A model generated the notes under the pieces. The model did not search any database. It saw only the letters and a list, made by a program, of their open reading frames with translations, and was not told where the DNA came from. From Gekko japonicus (Eukaryota), in the NCBI RefSeq assembly GCF_001447785.1, contig NW_015171504.1:364655-428654 (forward strand): a stretch of 64,000 nucleotides of DNA. The letters run 5' to 3'. Within the stretch, counting starts at the first letter, position 1. The number at the start of each line of letters is the position of its first letter. Shown in pieces: positions 61,792 through 64,000 of this stretch. The position numbers were made by a program, and so were the translations under genes.

Positions 61792-63190
61792 TCATAGAAT
61801 CATAGAGTTGGTTCCCTCAGGGTCATCTAGTCCAACCTTTGTACAATGCAGGGAATTCACAAATAGCCCTCCACCCTCAGTGACCCCTGTTCCATGCCCA
61901 GAAGATGACAAAAAACTCCAGGATCCCCGGCCAAACTGGCCTGGAGAAAAATTGCTTCCTGACCACCAAGTGTCAATCAGCATTTCCCTGGGCATGTAAG
62001 AAAGAGCCACAAGAACTAAGCACTGATGCAGCCCTTCCTGCCCTCCTTCGCATGATCTTTCTAAGTTCACAGAATCAGGATTGCTATCAGAAGCCCATCT
62101 CCAAAGAAGGAGAGCTCACCTGTTCCACTGAGGAACTGCTCTGTCAGGAAGTTCTTCATAAAGTTTAGCCAAAAACTCTTGATTTAATTTCAACCCATTG
62201 GTTCTGGTCCAACCCTCTGGGGCAACAGAAAATAATTCTGCACTTTATATGACAGCCCTTCAAGTACTTGACGATGGTTATCATATCACCTCTCAGCCAT
62301 CTCCTCTCCAGGCTAAACATACCCAGCTCTTTCAACCTTTCCTCATAGGACTTGTTCTCCAGACCCCTCACCAACTTTGTTGCCCTCCTCTGGATGTGTT
62401 CCAGCTCATCTACATCTTTCTTAAATTGAGGTGCCCAAAAGTGAACACAATACTCTAGGTGAGGTCTAACCAGAGCAAAGTAAAGCAATACCATCACTTT
62501 GCATGATCTGGACATTATACTTCTGTTGATACAGCCCAAAATGACATTTGCCTTTTTAGCTACCACATCACACTGCCGACTCATGTTCAGTGTATGGTCT
62601 ACTAAGACCCCTAGATACTACTGCAAAGACAAATCTCTCTCATCCTATAATTATGCATTTGATTTTTCCTACCTAAACATAAAAGTTTACATTTATCCCC
62701 ATTAAAATTCATTTTGTTTTAGCCCAGTTTTCCAGCATGTCAAGATTATCCTGTATCCTGACTTTGTCTTCTACCATATTTGCTACCTTTCCCAATTTAG
62801 TATCATCTGCAAATTTAATAAGCATTCTCTCTATTCCTTCATCCAAAAGGAAATCCCAGGAAAGATTCTTGAGGCACTCCACTTGTCACTACTCTCCAAG
62901 AGGATGAGGATCCATTAACAAGCACTCTTTGGGTACAATCTGTCAACCAGTTACAGATCCACCTAAGAATAATAGAATCCAAACCACATTTTATCAATTT
63001 GTCAACAAGAATATCATGTGGAAGCTTATCAAAAGCCTTACTGAAATCAAGATAAACTATGTCTACAGCATTCCCCTGATCCAGCAAGGTAGTAACTTTC
63101 TTGAAAAAAGAGATAAGGTTAGTCTGACATAACTTGTTCTTGAGAAACCCACGCTGGCTCTAAGTAATCACAGCTGTCATTTCTAAGTGA
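61792..63190 (-). mobile_element. CR1 LINE, RT region to 3' end, degenerate
   Basis: Encodes VYLDFSKAFD, SGVPQ, FADD and LVRPHLEYCV...QRRATK, with a CATAGAATCATAG tail. Confidence 0.92.
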
Positions 63191-63307
63191 CTATTTCTCA
63201 ATGAATAGAAAAATATTCAGCTGTATGAGTCAATCAGGCAAAATTAGTACAGTTAGAATACTAAAGGAAGATGCATCCTTTCTCCACATACACACACACT
63301 CTCTCTC

Positions 63308-63430
63308 TCAAAGTTCGAGTCCAGTGGCACCTTTAACACCAACAAAGTTTAATTCTGTTGATCCTAAAGGTGCCACTGGGCTCAAACTTTGTCCTGTTGC
63401 TTCAGGCCAACACAGCTACCCACCTGAATC
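63308..63430. mobile_element. Penelope-like pLTR fragment in inverted-repeat form
   Basis: CAAAGTTCGAGTCCAGTGGCACCTTTA / TAAAGGTGCCACTGGGCTCAAACTTTG. Similar to GAGTCCAGTAGCACCTTA at ~44740. Confidence 0.6.
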
Positions 63431-64000
63431 CACACACACACGCACGCACACACACACAAGCAAGAATGAGACAATGAAGCACTTATTTCATAATTTATTT
63501 CTTTTATGCTAGATGAATTAAGTAAATGGTGGAACAATGTCAGCATGGGAAAGCAGTATGAGATCCTGAACATTTGTGCACTGTTTGCAATACAGCTTAG
63601 AACTATCGCAAGCATTCTATAAAAAGTGACAATTTTTTCAAGTGTTTGAGAAAGCTGATTGTGATTATTTATATTTACAAACAGGGGCCCCCGCAGAGGC
63701 TAACAAAAAGGGGAATCTCACAGAATATGTAGCCAATGAAGGGCTGTAGACTCTGGCTGAACAGGTGATGATCCTCCAGATATGATGCACCCATCTCATA
63801 GTTTATTTGTTAAAAGTGATCCACAGTATTGATTCTAGGACCCATAAAGTTAGGATTTGTGAGTGCATTTAGTACTGGTAAGTGTTAACTGTTCAAAGCT
63901 ATCTTGTGTTTTCAGGTTAAGCAAATTATCTATTTGTTGGGCTGAACTAGGCAGGCATTACCCTTTCTAAATGTGAAAATGCTAGTCTACTTTGATAAAA

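Overview
This is repeat-dense vertebrate genomic DNA, very probably from a squamate and most likely a gecko. The basis is Sauria-type SINEs, Squam3-like CORE-SINEs, 5S-derived SINEs, BovB/RTE, CR1, L2, L1, Penelope-like fragments and many hAT/Harbinger MITEs. The draft assembly has three N gaps (14319-14450, 24935-25687, 32632-33067). I can identify no host gene with confidence; three plus-strand candidate exons are low-confidence. Most listed ORFs are TE-derived or spurious. Highlights: (1) A TSD-flanked, ORF1-only 'half-L1' (HAL1-like) element at 28702-30730. Its ORF1 is interrupted by a 258-bp, TSD-flanked insert carrying a type I hammerhead-ribozyme fold (retrozyme/Penelope-pLTR-like). (2) Two head-to-tail Helitron-like units at 9033-11536 with A|TC...CTAG|TC...CTAG|T junctions. 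(3) A young, uninterrupted L1 ORF2 at about 31.4-35.3 kb. (4) A 3'-deleted BovB fused to an L2 at a microhomology. (5) A roughly 270-bp fully palindromic MITE inside a SINE. Family names come from motif recognition and were not checked against a database.
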